Assembly: GCF_009914755.1 (NCBI RefSeq)
Contig: NC_060927.1
Strand: one strand, 5' to 3'
DNA: 64,000 nt
DNA from: the human T2T-CHM13v2.0 reference genome, Homo sapiens
The notes below the pieces were generated by a model that had not been told where the DNA came from, did no database searches, and worked only from the letters and a program-made list of their open reading frames with translations. The first letter of the stretch is position 1; the number at the start of each line of letters is the position of its first letter. The position numbers and the translations under genes were made by a program. This document shows positions 1 through 12,331 of the stretch, piece by piece.

Positions 1-150
1 TCTCTCAGTTTCTGTGTGCCAGGAATCCAGGCATGATGTAACTGAATCTTCTACCTCAGTCTTTCTCACAAGGCTGCAGTCAAAGTGTCAGCCAGAGCTG
101 GGAACTCATGTGAAGGCTTGATTGAGGAAGGATTGTACTTCCAAGTCAAC
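1..150 (-). mobile_element. MLT1-type MaLR LTR fragment
   Basis: tctcacaaggctgcagtcaaagtgtcagccagagctg resembles the reverse complement of the MLT1 consensus. Confidence 0.55.
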
Positions 151-286
151 TTGGTCCTAATCTAGTGCTTTTTTCACTGCAACACATATTGGCGTATTGT
201 TAATTTATTTGACAGTCACATTTGGATCTCATATCAAGCCCAGAAAACACCTAGTTCATTTCTTTTTGTTACTCAGTTGTACGTTT

Positions 287-323
287 TGTGTGTGGTGCGT
301 GTGAGTGCATGTGTGTGTGTGTG

Positions 324-354
<31 letters not shown>
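287..354 (+). repeat. Interrupted (TG)n microsatellite ~95 nt upstream of exon 2
   Basis: Directly visible; interrupted twice to form TGCATG (306-311, 322-327). Confidence 0.95.
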
Positions 355-356
<2 letters not shown>

Positions 357-449
357 CTAGAGATAGTTACACAGGGGGTCAGGAAGGGAGGAGAGTGTTG
401 ACCACTTTTTTCTATTTTAAAAATTGTAGTACTTTTTTTTCCTCCATAG

Positions 450-791
450 GTGCCTTAGCTGGACCAATTATTGTGGAGCCACATGTCACAGCAGTATGGG
501 GAAAGAATGTTTCATTAAAGTGTTTAATTGAAGTAAATGAAACCATAACACAGATTTCATGGGAGAAGATACATGGCAAAAGTTCACAGACTGTTGCAGT
601 TCACCATCCCCAATATGGATTCTCTGTTCAAGGAGAATATCAGGGAAGAGTCTTGTTTAAAAATTACTCACTTAATGATGCAACAATTACTCTGCATAAC
701 ATAGGATTCTCTGATTCTGGAAAATACATCTGCAAAGCTGTTACATTCCCGCTTGGAAATGCCCAGTCCTCTACAACTGTAACTGTGTTAG
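450..791 (+). CDS. NECTIN3: Nectin-3 coding exon 2 (end of signal peptide plus Ig V-type domain D1), 342 nt, phase 1-1
   Basis: Acceptor tttttttcctccatag| at 449 and donor |gtaggt at 792. Encodes GALAGPIIVEPHVTAVWGKNVSLKC...DSGKYICKAVTFPLGNAQSSTTVTVL with IgV Cys/Trp, DxGxYxC and the nectin TFPxG motif. Confidence 0.97.
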
Positions 792-1419
792 GTAGGTATG
801 CTTGAATTATGTATTTTGGTGATAGTGGTGAAGATTATAATAAAAATATTTTTAAGAAATTAAAATGGTTGAAATTTGATTTAACTTTAGGTTTAAAGTA
901 AAATAATTCAAATACGATTTTTCAAGATCCTTCTTAAAATTTATGATTCTAGGTTCCCTGTAAATAAAATCTTGTCTATATATACCTACTTATCTATGTA
1001 ATGCTACATAGTTTTATCTAGTTTCTTTATGAAAGATAGTGATGAGTTTTAATTATATACTAAGTTCTGAGTTTCTGTGACATCTTTATTTTCATTACCT
1101 CCCCTCAAATTTTCAGCCTTTAATCAAATTACCATCTTAAATTTTTTCATTTTTAAAAAATTGAGTTTTGCATCTAGGAGCCATTGACACCTCATGTTTT
1201 ACTATTTCATATCACATTTTATTCCTGCTATTTTAGATTTGCATAGCTATCTGAATATGGTGCTTTTGCTCATAATAGTGATATTCCACTATTTCCTATG
1301 ATACCTGTTAAAGTTTATGGTAAAATGTTGAAAAAGCTCGTTAACTTTAAGCTACTTTCAGTGAAATGTAAACCAATTTGGAAATGCTGATAAGTACTTT
1401 TGAAATGATAGAAATGAAG

Positions 1420-1850
1420 ATTGAGGAGCAATAGCAACTGGTGGCTGCTCACATGAAGATCTACTGCCTAGATTCTTACTCAAACAGCTACTGGCAGTGT
1501 GGGTAGCTGACAGCGTCCAGCTGTTAGGTCCTTTAAGATTACTTCAGTTTTCAGGGCTATTCTTTTTGTGAGTGACCTCAGGCCAGTGACTAAGTGAGGC
1601 AGTGGTAGCCAGGGGTAAGCTCTTCTTGGGGCCAGTGATTGAACAAGATAGTGGTGTGAAGAGTTTTACCCAAAGTGGACTCCTTTAATGGAATATGACC
1701 ATTGGCCTGAATGGAGACTTTGTCAGGGTACTGATAGCTCCCCTTACTCAATTCATTCTTCCTTCTCCCTTTTCTCCCAGTTATCACTCCCTGGTAAACC
1801 TTTTATACTTCTCACATCACAGTGTCTGCTTCCTGGAGAACCAAACAAGT
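1420..1850 (+). mobile_element. Old ERVL LTR (LTR16-like), boundaries approximate
   Basis: 3' end ...ctccctggtaaacc...cagtgtctgcttcctggagaaccaaac resembles the LTR16-family terminus. Confidence 0.45.
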
Positions 1851-2130
1851 TAATAGCTCCTAATGTTTAAGGACATAATAGTAATGTCTCTGAAGTATAG
1901 GACAGCAATTTTGTCCAAATTTATTATATATTTTTTCATGTTGAGAGATATTCTTTTAATTAGATATTTGAGGCTTAGTATATTTAAGACACTGCCCTAA
2001 GAGCTATGGGGAAATATAACTTACATTTAAGAGATTGATGTTTTTGAGAAATTTTCTGATTAGAAGGCAAGGCATGAATATCTGAAAACTCACATGGAGG
2101 ACATCAGTAAAAAAGGTAACACAAAGTACT

Positions 2131-2428
2131 GTATGGCTCACTCCTGTAATCCCAGCACTTTGGGAGGCTGAGGCAGATGGATCACTTGAGGCCAGGAGTA
2201 CAAGACCAGCCTGGCCAGCATGGCAAAACCCCATCTCTACTAAAAATACAAAAATTAGCCAGGCATGGTAGTGCATGCCTGTAATCCCAGCTACTCGGGT
2301 GGCTGGGTCTTGAGAATCACCTGTACCTGGAGGCGGAAGTTGCAGTGAGCCGAGATTATACCACTGCACTCCAGCCTGGGCAACAGAATGAGACTGTGTC
2401 TCTAAATAAATAAATAAATAAATAAATA
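2131..2428 (+). mobile_element. Alu (J/S type), slightly 5'-truncated, with (TAAA)n tail
   Basis: tggctcactcctgtaatcccagcactttgggaggctgagg...; flanked by aagtact on both sides. Confidence 0.95.
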
Positions 2429-3167
2429 ACAAGTACTTTGCATATGAAAGAGCAAGCTCATGGGGATAAAATCACTTTTTATTTTGCTTTAAAGTTTAGT
2501 AGTTCCCTCTCAATTAATACAATACTTATTGGCTTAAAATCCAGGCTGTTTGTTACAAGATTAGTCATTATGTTGTCCACACCTACTTTTCTCGCTTCAT
2601 CTATTCTCCTTGCTTCTCTTTTTTCAAAAACCCAAGTCTTATCATCATCATAAACTATTTGCAGTTCTTTTAACCTATGCTTTTATGGGTGTTTCTCTTT
2701 CTGCCTGGATTGCCTTTTTTTCTGGCCTTTCTTTCTTCCGTGTAACTATTATTCATCAAATCACATCCTTTTAGTAGCCATTCTTGACCCGTTTCCCCAA
2801 ATCTGATACTTTTTTGGCTGTCATTGTTATGTTGAACATATCTTTATTGTAGCAGTTACCACACTATTATGTTTTCTCCACTATAAACATGTAGTGGAGA
2901 GTAACTGTGCATTTAAAAATGTAATTTTATGTCCCTAAAGCCAGTAAGAGTTTCCAGTATATAGCAGTCATACAGTGTTATTTGAGTAGGATATAGGAAT
3001 GGATTAGTGAACTTGGTAGTCAAGAAATATTTCGTAGGAGAAATAGTTGAGTCAGTCCTCAGTGGTGTGAGTAGGTTTTGGGCAGGCAAAAATGAAAGAA
3101 TATGAAAATGGTATTCTAGGATTGTGATAGTATGTGAACGAAGGCAGGGAAAACAGAAAATGATATG

Positions 3168-3416
3168 CAGTTCACCCTTGAACATCATGGGTTAGAGCTG
3201 TGTGGGTCCCTTTATACATGGATTTTTTTTTCAACTAACTGCAAATAGAGAATAGAGTATTTGTAGGATGTGAAACCTGCATATATGAAGGGCCAACTTT
3301 TCCTGTACACAGGTTCCATAGGGCTAACGGCAGGACTTAAGTATGCACGGATTTGGGTATACTCAGGGACACTGGAACCAACCCTCACCCCACCGCAGAA
3401 TACTACGGGACCACTA
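3168..3416 (-). mobile_element. MER8 (Tigger-family non-autonomous DNA transposon)
   Basis: cagttcacccttgaacatcatggg...tggaaccaa...gggaccactata matches the reverse complement of the MER8 consensus. Confidence 0.75.
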
Positions 3417-3427
3417 TACATTAAGGG

Positions 3428-3652
3428 AAAGTTTTCTTAACCCCAGTATTGTTGAAATTTGGGGGCAGAATTCTTTGTTGTAGTGAGCTGTACTATTCAT
3501 TGTAGACAGCATCCGTGGCCTCTAAACACTATGCCAGTAAATGCCAATAGCATTCCTCAGTTGTTAAACTCATAATGTCTCCAGACACTGCCAAGTGTCC
3601 TCAAGAGGGGAGCAGGAGTTAGTGGGGAATCACCCCCTGTTGAGAGCCCTGC
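3428..3652 (+). mobile_element. MER20 (hAT-Charlie)
   Basis: ...aatgtctccagacactgccaagtgtcc...caccccctgttgagagccctg MER20 signature. Confidence 0.75.
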
Positions 3653-3857
3653 ATTAGTGGAACACTGAATAAGTAATTTATTGATTGTTCAAAGGATTTA
3701 TATGAAGTACAAGAATTAAAGTTTAGAATTATAGAGTAGGACCACGTTAAAGTAACTTAAATGCTAGGATAGGGAATTTGAGCTCTATATTACTGGAAAT
3801 TCATATTTGTATTCAGTAGTTGTGCTGCCTCTCACCTGTCTTCTATTCTCAGCCCCT

Positions 3858-4021
3858 TGCTGTTTAAAATATAGTTCTTGGACCAGCAGCATTGGCATCA
3901 CTTGGGAACTTGTTAGAAATACAGAATTTCAGATCCCTCTTAGGCTTATTGAATGATAGTCTGCATTTTAGCAAGATTCCCAAGTGACTTATGTACACAG
4001 TAAAGTTTGAGAAACACTGCT
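3858..4021. mobile_element. MER5A (hAT-Charlie)
   Basis: ggaccagcagcattggcatcacttgggaacttgttagaaat...aagtttgagaaacactg. Confidence 0.8.
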
Positions 4022-5084
4022 TTGATCACATCACATAGAGGAATGCCTAACTCACGGCTGACCTGATTTAGAGAGTACTGTGATGACACTTGTGATTAGG
4101 AAGATGGGTCTGGTGTTTTTGATCAATTGAAATGAAGAGGTCCTTAAATCATAATGTCTCAGCCATGAGGCCATGAAGACTTGCAATTAATTTTGTAATT
4201 TCTGCCACATGAATGAAGACAAGAACTATTACAGAGGAATAATTAGCAGAATTTTGTAACTGATTGGATATAAGAAGTAAGGAAAGTTTGAACAGTAATA
4301 GCTTTTGAAAGTTTGTGATTAAATTCTGTTACTGCTAGTTAAATGGGCACATCTGAATGAAAAACAGGTGTTGGTGATTGGGAGGATAAAATAATTTTGG
4401 TGTTAGGTTTATTGAGTTTGAGGATCTGTAGGTGGAAATAACCAGGTGTAGGTAGTTAGAAGCTGAAGCATCAAGCCTTGTATTAAAATTGGGGAAAGTT
4501 CAGAATCATCTGGGTAGTAGTGTTTATCAGATAAAAGTTTTTAAGTGAGATACAAAAGTAATTGCAGGCCCAGGGCTGATTATTTATTTAAAGGAAGGGG
4601 TTAGAAAAAATAGGAAGAGCTCTCAGAGAGAGTTATAAGAAGAACTCAGGCAGAGTAATATCATATCAAGAAAAGATATGAAAGTTTTTAAGAAAATGTT
4701 ATTCTAGCAGCCATTTCCACAGTAAGAAGTAAGCCCTACAGAAAATGTTTTGACTATTTTTTAGTTTCTCCTAAGGACAGCACTTAGCTAGTATCATTCT
4801 AAATCCATAGCCTAGGAATTAATTCATTACTTACAACAAATACTGTAACACATTAGGACTTAATTCTTTTCAACTGATTGGAAAGAGCTGTGCTGAAGTA
4901 TCAAATTCTACAAAGTTAAAGAGACTAGACATAAAAGTGTTGAGTTTTAGATTAGGGGTCTTTGATGACATTAGAGTTTCAATGGAGTGGTAGTAGCAGA
5001 ACCAAATTTAAGGAATGTAGTATTTGCACCACGTATAATCACAAATGACTGTTTTCCCAAATTTATGTAGAACTTTTACTCACC

Positions 5085-5950
5085 AGTAAGAAAAAAATAG
5101 ACACCTGGCTATGATAGGCATTTTGCAGAAGAAAGGTTCCAAATGATTCATAAACATATGAAAAGATCTTCAACCTTATTCATAATCTGAGATATTAAAA
5201 ATAAAATCTCAGTGGTATACCATTACATACCTATCAGATTGCAAACATTGAGAAGTCTGTGATAATATCAGCTGGGTGACAATATCAGCTGGTGAGTATA
5301 TGGACCAGCAGGAGCTCTAAGATTGGGAGTAAATTGGTACTGTGGAAAGGTTTTTGAAATTATCTGATAAAGTTGAAAATAAGTAGTAGCAATTCTAGGG
5401 ATATACTTGTGCACAAATATGCTAAGATACATGAATGGAAATGTTTCTTGTAAAATTGTTCAGATGAAACAGGAACTCCATTGTCCATTAGTAAACTATA
5501 AAGCAATTAAAACTAATAATATATACAATTGTATGTAAATCCAAATGATCTAAAAATAAAAAAGTAAAAAAATGAATTCCAAAAACAATAAGCTAAAGCT
5601 AAATGTTCCAATATGAATGAATCTCCAGAACACAAAGTTGAGTCAAAGAAAAAGTACAAAAATACGTATGGTCCAATTCCATTCTTAGAAAGTTCAGAAA
5701 CAGGCTAAACTGTGTTGTTTAGATTTGCATGTGTTGGTTGTAGAACTATAATGAAAAACAAACCATTGATCTCCAAAGTCAATATAATAGTTTCACATTG
5801 AGGTAGGCAGGTTTTTAAGATGTAGTAGAGGAATATGAGGGACTTGTGAGGTTCTAGTAATAATGTTTGTTAAGATGTGTGGTGGTTATATGGATGTTTG
5901 CTGTAAAATTGTTCATTGCGTGTGTTGCATGTACTTTTTCATTTGTTATT
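5085..5950 (+). mobile_element. Old L1 (L1M-type) 3' fragment, boundaries approximate
   Basis: aaacatatgaaaagatcttcaacc...taccattacatacctatcagattg...gtaaattggtac L1 ORF2-end/3'UTR motifs, heavily decayed. Confidence 0.6.
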
Positions 5951-6668
5951 TTACAGTAATGCATCTTATGAAAGGAACTACATAAGGAAAATAATCATAT
6001 CCATGAGAGTAAAATGTGAAATAAAAATAGGTTTCAAAGTAAAATATGAAACAAAAATTGGTTCTTTCAATACCATCAAGAACAGATGGTATTAAAAGAA
6101 CCAACTTGAAGTCCTGGAAATGAAAAAAAAAATCATTGAAATAAAAACTCAATGCACAGAGTAAACTAAAGACTGAACACAAAATTTATGAAGTCAGTAC
6201 TGAGGAATTACACAGAAGCACCTAACAATTGCTGGAAAATGTGAAAAGATAGCTAAGAGATATTGGGGGCAGAGTAGATTGAGAGGTTCTAACATTGTTA
6301 CTTTACCCTGCTGAGGAACTTTCTTATATTGGAAGAAAATAGGTGGTATGTACATTCCAGTAAACTTAACTATTAGTGATGGTACGTTAGGATGAGCTTA
6401 AAGTATATTTTGTAAATAAAAGTAATTGAACACATTCAGCAGCCCTAATTGGTTCTTTTGGGTATATGAGTAGTTAAAGGTTGAAAGTTCAAAAGGCAGT
6501 GTTTTAAATGAAATTATTGAGTCACTTACTGGGCCAAGAAAAACATTTCATCTCCAATAGGTATGCTCAGAGGAACTTTTTTTATTTCTTAACATTTTAA
6601 CAGTAAGTCATAATCATAACTTATTTTTAAAAGTATTTGCTTTAAAATTTTTTTACTGTAAAATGAAG

Positions 6669-6669
<1 letters not shown>

Positions 6670-6713
<44 letters not shown>
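6670..6713. repeat. (TA)22 microsatellite
   Basis: Directly visible. Confidence 0.95.
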
Positions 6714-6718
<5 letters not shown>

Positions 6719-7086
6719 CATATATAAAACTTATCTTCCAGAGAAGTAATACCTTTAATCTCATAAAGGGAATTGTGATCTCGTTCACAGAAATTTTTTT
6801 TATATATTAAGTTGGAAGGAATTCATCGTTCCCTAAAGGAATGTATATCTTTATCAGGTAGAGCCATCTTTGTAGTGGTGGTATGAATTCCTGGTCTCAT
6901 TTGTCCTAGTTTATGATCTTTTGTTTTTCCAAGAATGTAATTGACGATGGCATTACCTAAAAAGTGTGTGTAGATTTTTATATGCAGTTGTCCTTAAGCT
7001 TGTGAAATATGTTTAGATGTGACTTGGAAAGATATAAACATATTCTTGTTTGAATGTAACTAATTATTAAAAAAATATTTAAACAG

Positions 7087-7383
7087 TTGAACCCACTGTG
7101 AGCCTGATAAAAGGGCCAGATTCTTTAATTGATGGAGGAAATGAAACAGTAGCAGCCATTTGCATCGCAGCCACTGGAAAACCCGTTGCACATATTGACT
7201 GGGAAGGTGATCTTGGTGAAATGGAATCCACTACAACTTCTTTTCCAAATGAAACGGCAACGATTATCAGCCAGTACAAGCTATTTCCAACCAGATTTGC
7301 TAGAGGAAGGCGAATTACTTGTGTTGTAAAACATCCAGCCTTGGAAAAGGACATCCGATACTCTTTCATATTAGACATACAGT
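7087..7383 (+). CDS. NECTIN3: Nectin-3 coding exon 3 (Ig C2-type domain D2), 297 nt, phase 1-1
   Basis: aaacag| at 7086 and |gtaagt at 7384. In frame with exon 2 (G|TT GAA CCC = VEP...AICIAATGKPVAHIDW...ITCVVKHPALEKDIRYSFILDIQ). Confidence 0.97.
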
Positions 7384-7700
7384 GTAAGTAAATGGTAACA
7401 TTTACTTTTTAAATATTTGTCAGCATGTTTATCAAACTATTTTTAGTTTGAATATTTAATAGCTTTTCCTTGTTTTTGTTTTTCTTTTAATTTTGTTTGT
7501 TTTCATGGAAATTTCATTTAACCAGAACATTTTTAATCACTTTTGTAAAGATGGACAGATGACTTTAAAGTTGCTCTCCAACTTAAAATTATATAACCAT
7601 TTCCTTTTAAGATCTTAAAAGTAGGCTGGACTTAGGGAGTTATGGCAACTTGTCCCTCAAAATGTACAATGCTAAAGGGCAAACAACTTCTACATTCTAA

Positions 7701-8060
<360 letters not shown>

Positions 8061-9429
8061 TTATTTTCTTTGTCTTTCCTATATGCATATTAATTAGTTT
8101 GAAAAGTTTCTTAGTGTTTAATACATTCTTTGTGATTTGTATACCATTTAAAAATTTCAGGTAGTAAAAAAGGTGATGGCTGCAGATAGCTTATAGCAAA
8201 GATAATGAAAATTAGGAACATTAGAAAAGTAGGTTCTGCTTTTACTTCTATCCATGTGCAAATTATAAATCTAGGTGTTTTTGAGGGAGTTCTATTCTTT
8301 GTTGTTGCTACTTACTTGCTTTTTGATATGACATGCATGGAGTTTTAAATTACACATATTCATTACACTTGGTGTAATCATTTTTAAAGCTAATTCCCAG
8401 GATCTTTTTCAACCTTTATAGGGTTAACTTGAAAAGCTATAGTTTAAAAAATGTTACTACCATTGCATTCTTAAATGCTAATACCATCTTTTCTCAATTC
8501 TCTGGAGAATCGTGTTAAAATTTTTCTTTTTCCTTTTCCTACCTTGCTTTTACAGAGTGTTAACTTTTTTCTTTTTCTCATAAAATTCAGATCCCAATTG
8601 GAAGTTAATGTATTTTGCATATCCATATATGTTTACCTTTCCAGTGTCTAATAATGACTGATATTTTCAATTTGTTTTTTTTTGTTTGCTTGAATGAAAT
8701 CTTAGATATATTTCTTCTAATGTAAGTGTTTATAATATGGTATTGATTTGTTGGCTTACTCCTAAAATGTTCTTAGAATAGTCATGACATTTTTCCTTTT
8801 GTAAATTGGAGACCTATAAGACATGTAAACAAACTTAAATATTGTCTTATAGCACAAATTTATACCTCAATATTTAGAGATATCCTCTTGGGATACTTTT
8901 ATGCCTAAACTCACAGGTATCTGGACTGTTCTTTCAGCAACATTTTTTAGTACCACTTTTAAGTTACAAAAATATTTGTTAATCTTTGTTTTTTTTTAAT
9001 TTCTGAGATAATAGTACCTTATCAAAAGTTCAATTTTTTACCACTATTTTGTAAATTTTGCTTTCCAGTAGGACAGTCTTCCCTGGCAGAGGTAAAGACT
9101 GATCTGGTCTCTCTCTCTAGTTTCTCATCAGATCATGTGCTGCTAACTTAGTTTTCTATGTAGCTCACAGAAAGCTAGAGAGAGTCTGCATCATACATAA
9201 CTAGCACTTCATTGGGGAAGCCTTTTATCACCTCCAGCCCCATCCCCAACTTAAATTAGGCCTTTCTTTTTATATTCTCTCAGCATCCTACTCTTTTTCT
9301 TCTTGGCCCTCATAAGGAGTTTTAGTTAAGTATTTTTAAATGTCATCTTCCCTATTACTATTAGAATATAAATTTTATGTATATAAAGTCTGTGTGTATA
9401 CCAAACACCTAAAACAGTGTATTATTTCT

Positions 9430-9743
9430 TTCTTTTTTTTTTTTTTTTTTTGAGATGGAGTCTCACTCTGTCGCCCAGGCTGGAGTGCAGTGGCGCGAAC
9501 TAGGCTCACTGCAAGCTCCGCCTCCCGGGTTCGTGCCATTCTCCTGCCTCAGCCTCCCGAGTGGCTGGGACTACAGGCACCCGCCATCACGCCTGGCTAA
9601 TTTTTTTTTTTTTTTTGTATTTTTTAGTAGAGATGGGGTTTCACTGTGTTAGCCAGGATGGTCTCAATCTCCTGACCTCATGATCCTCCCGCCTCAGCTT
9701 CCCAAAGTGCTGGGATTACAGGCGTGAGCCCCCGCGCTGGGCC
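9430..9743 (-). mobile_element. AluY-like element with a perfect 19-bp TSD
   Basis: TSD aaaacagtgtattatttct at 9411-9429 and 9744-9762. Confidence 0.95.
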
Positions 9744-10551
9744 AAAACAGTGTATTATTTCTAAGTGCCATGCCTGGCACTTATTAGGAGCTAAACAGAG
9801 TGATGGTTGAATGAATGATAGTTATTGGACTTAGTAGTTTGGAAGTATATATTTATATTGCTGGTAGATATGGATAATTGCTCATTCAACTAGTTGTGTT
9901 GCACATATGCTAAAAGACTTTTGGGTACATGGAATGGATGAAAATTCATGTTTTAGTACATTTGAAGCCCTAGCTAATTTACTTCAGTTTTAAGTATGTA
10001 GTCATGGAAAGCCTGTGTCACATCTCTACATGCCCCCAATATATTAATTAATTGTAACATAGGGAATCTAGTCACTGTAATTGACCTGATACCTCTTAGA
10101 AGATATTTCCTTTTAGATTAAATATCTCATTAAAGACTGTTTTATATGGTGACTTGGTACTACATGGTACTTAAATGCCATGTCTTATTTAATTAAATAC
10201 TATAATGTATTTGCTTTGTTCCTGTATCTCTACATCTCGCATAATAGGATTCTTACATTTTGCTTTTGGTGATTATAGGTTTATGAATATTCCTTAACAT
10301 TCAGCATTTCTAATTACTCAAACTGTATGTAGTAGAATTGCCTGTTTGGGGGGTACTCATTCTCCATTTTATTCTTTCAGTCAGCCAATACTTGTGGAGT
10401 AGTGTCTTCTGTATTGATTATACATGTTGAGACTAAGGAAAAATGGTTCCTGTTATTCTAAGGCTTTGTCTATTATCTTAATATTTTATCATGTATATTG
10501 CATTTATCATTAACAAAAGGTAATCTGTCCTGTCATGCATTTATTTTATAG

Positions 10552-10669
10552 ATGCTCCTGAAGTTTCGGTAACAGGATATGATGGAAATTGGTTTGTAGG
10601 AAGAAAAGGTGTTAATCTCAAATGTAATGCTGATGCAAATCCACCACCCTTCAAATCTGTGTGGAGCAG
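10552..10669 (+). CDS. NECTIN3: Nectin-3 coding exon 4 (first half of Ig D3), 118 nt, phase 1-2; absent from the ORF track
   Basis: ttattttatag| at 10551 and |gtaatg at 10670. T|AT GCT CCT GAA = YAPEVSVTGYDGNWFVGRKGVNLKCNADANPPPFKSVWS(R), a typical nectin D3 start. Confidence 0.95.
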
Positions 10670-12224
10670 GTAATGTTATATACTTCGAAAGAGAAATTAT
10701 CTAAAAGTGAAACCTTCTTAAATCCCCATTCTAAATTGTTTTTATCTGTATAATACATGATTATAGTAATAGCAGAAAATTTTAATTAAATTTTCTGTCT
10801 TATCCTTCCCCACCTGTCCCCACCTTCCTACCCCCTCAGTTCTGATCTTTAGAGGCTACTTTAGCAATTTTAGCAGTTTCTTACGGTTAGTTACAGTCAG
10901 AGGTCTTAAGCTGCTACTACTTAATAGTTTTTAACATTGTCAATTGACTTCTTAGATAAATAATTATAATTTTATGTCTACTCCTTCATTTACAAACACA
11001 CCCATATACACACATTCCTACCTTTCATAGTCCAAACGAAATTTTAGCTATTTTAAATTAAACTCAGTAATCACTGTTTGCTTCTCTAGGACAGGTAAAT
11101 GTTACTAAGAGCTAAGTAGTAGTATACCAGACTTCTGTTTTCTCTTGTCTATAGCCATTTGTTTTCCTAATGGCTAATATTTGCCTCTTTTTACTTGTGT
11201 AGTTACTACGTGCATAATTTTCTTTCTCTGAAATTTCAAACTGTTATACCAAGGTTTTTATTCATATTTTGTCAGTATTTAGGGCCTATTTTGATCTCCA
11301 GATGTATCTATCAACTTGAATAATTTTCTTATTTTTTGGTCATTTCCCTCTTTTTTATTCCTGTTCACTCTTTTTGGAACTCCTGTTTATTGTATAATAA
11401 ATATCCTTTCTTTTATATTTTCAGATGGTCTTATTCTTCCTAAAAGATTTTCTTGATTTTTTTTTAAATTTTCCATTGACTTAATGATATAAATTTTTTT
11501 TGGCCTGTTTTCAGTTTTTAAGAGCGTCTTCTCATAAGACGGAGCATCTTCTCATTGAATATTCATTAGAGAATGAGAAGATGCTCTTATAAACTGAAAA
11601 TAGGCCAACAATAAAAATATGTTATTTTCATAGCACGCTTTTCTTATTTTATGAGTGTAGTATCTTTCTTGTTTCTTCCCAGGGATACTAGAATTATTTC
11701 TTCCCCAGATAGTTTTTTTCTGCTTTCTACATACTATCTCTTTTCCCTCCAAGTTCTTTTATTTTTTGGTTTGGTCTTTCATTATGTAGATATTTCTTAA
11801 TCTTGTTGGTTGTTTAGTCTTTCACAGTGAAGCATTAAATAAAATGCTTAGTGGATGCTCTCTCTGCAGTGGGGATTGCTCATTAGATTCCACTTAGAGT
11901 AATCAGGTAGAGATGTGATTATTTTCCTGGAGAGGCTCCAGATACCACTAATAGAAGAGTGGAAGTCTTTATTTCGTGGCCAGTTTATTTCTAGAATTAA
12001 CCTGCATTTTTTTGCCCCAGAGATGAATGTCTGGTATTTGTACAGAGTTGGGAGGAATCTGTTGTTCTGTTGTGTATCTTTTAACTTGCTCTTGGCCTCC
12101 TTCTAGTTTTCTGAGGTACAGTGAGTTGAACTCCAAATTTTTTTTTGGATTCTTTGGACCAAATTGGCTGCTTTCTCATCCATGTGTTTTTCATAAGCAA
12201 CCCTTCACCCTGAAGTACAACTTT

Positions 12225-12331
12225 TCAACTTTGGCACTATTGATATTTTAGGCCGATAATTAGTTTTTGTAGTGTGCAGTCCTGTGAATTGTAAGATGTT
12301 TTGAAGCATCCCTGGGTTGAGAAACACTGAC
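12225..12331 (+). mobile_element. Internally deleted MER20-like element
   Basis: tcaactttggcactattgatattttaggccgataatt...agcatccctgg is joined directly to the terminal gttgagaaacactg. Confidence 0.6.

Noticed and set aside
305-449. N-terminal extension MHVCVCACV... of the 166-aa ORF
   Set aside because: Translation of the intronic TG repeat; the real exon starts at the acceptor at 450.
2004-2432. 142-aa ORF and similar ORFs at 7749, 9455, 13476, 18033, 18361, 34675, 43410, 49252 and 53369
   Set aside because: Alu-derived reading frames ([12 protein letters not shown] / PASASQVAG signatures), not genes.
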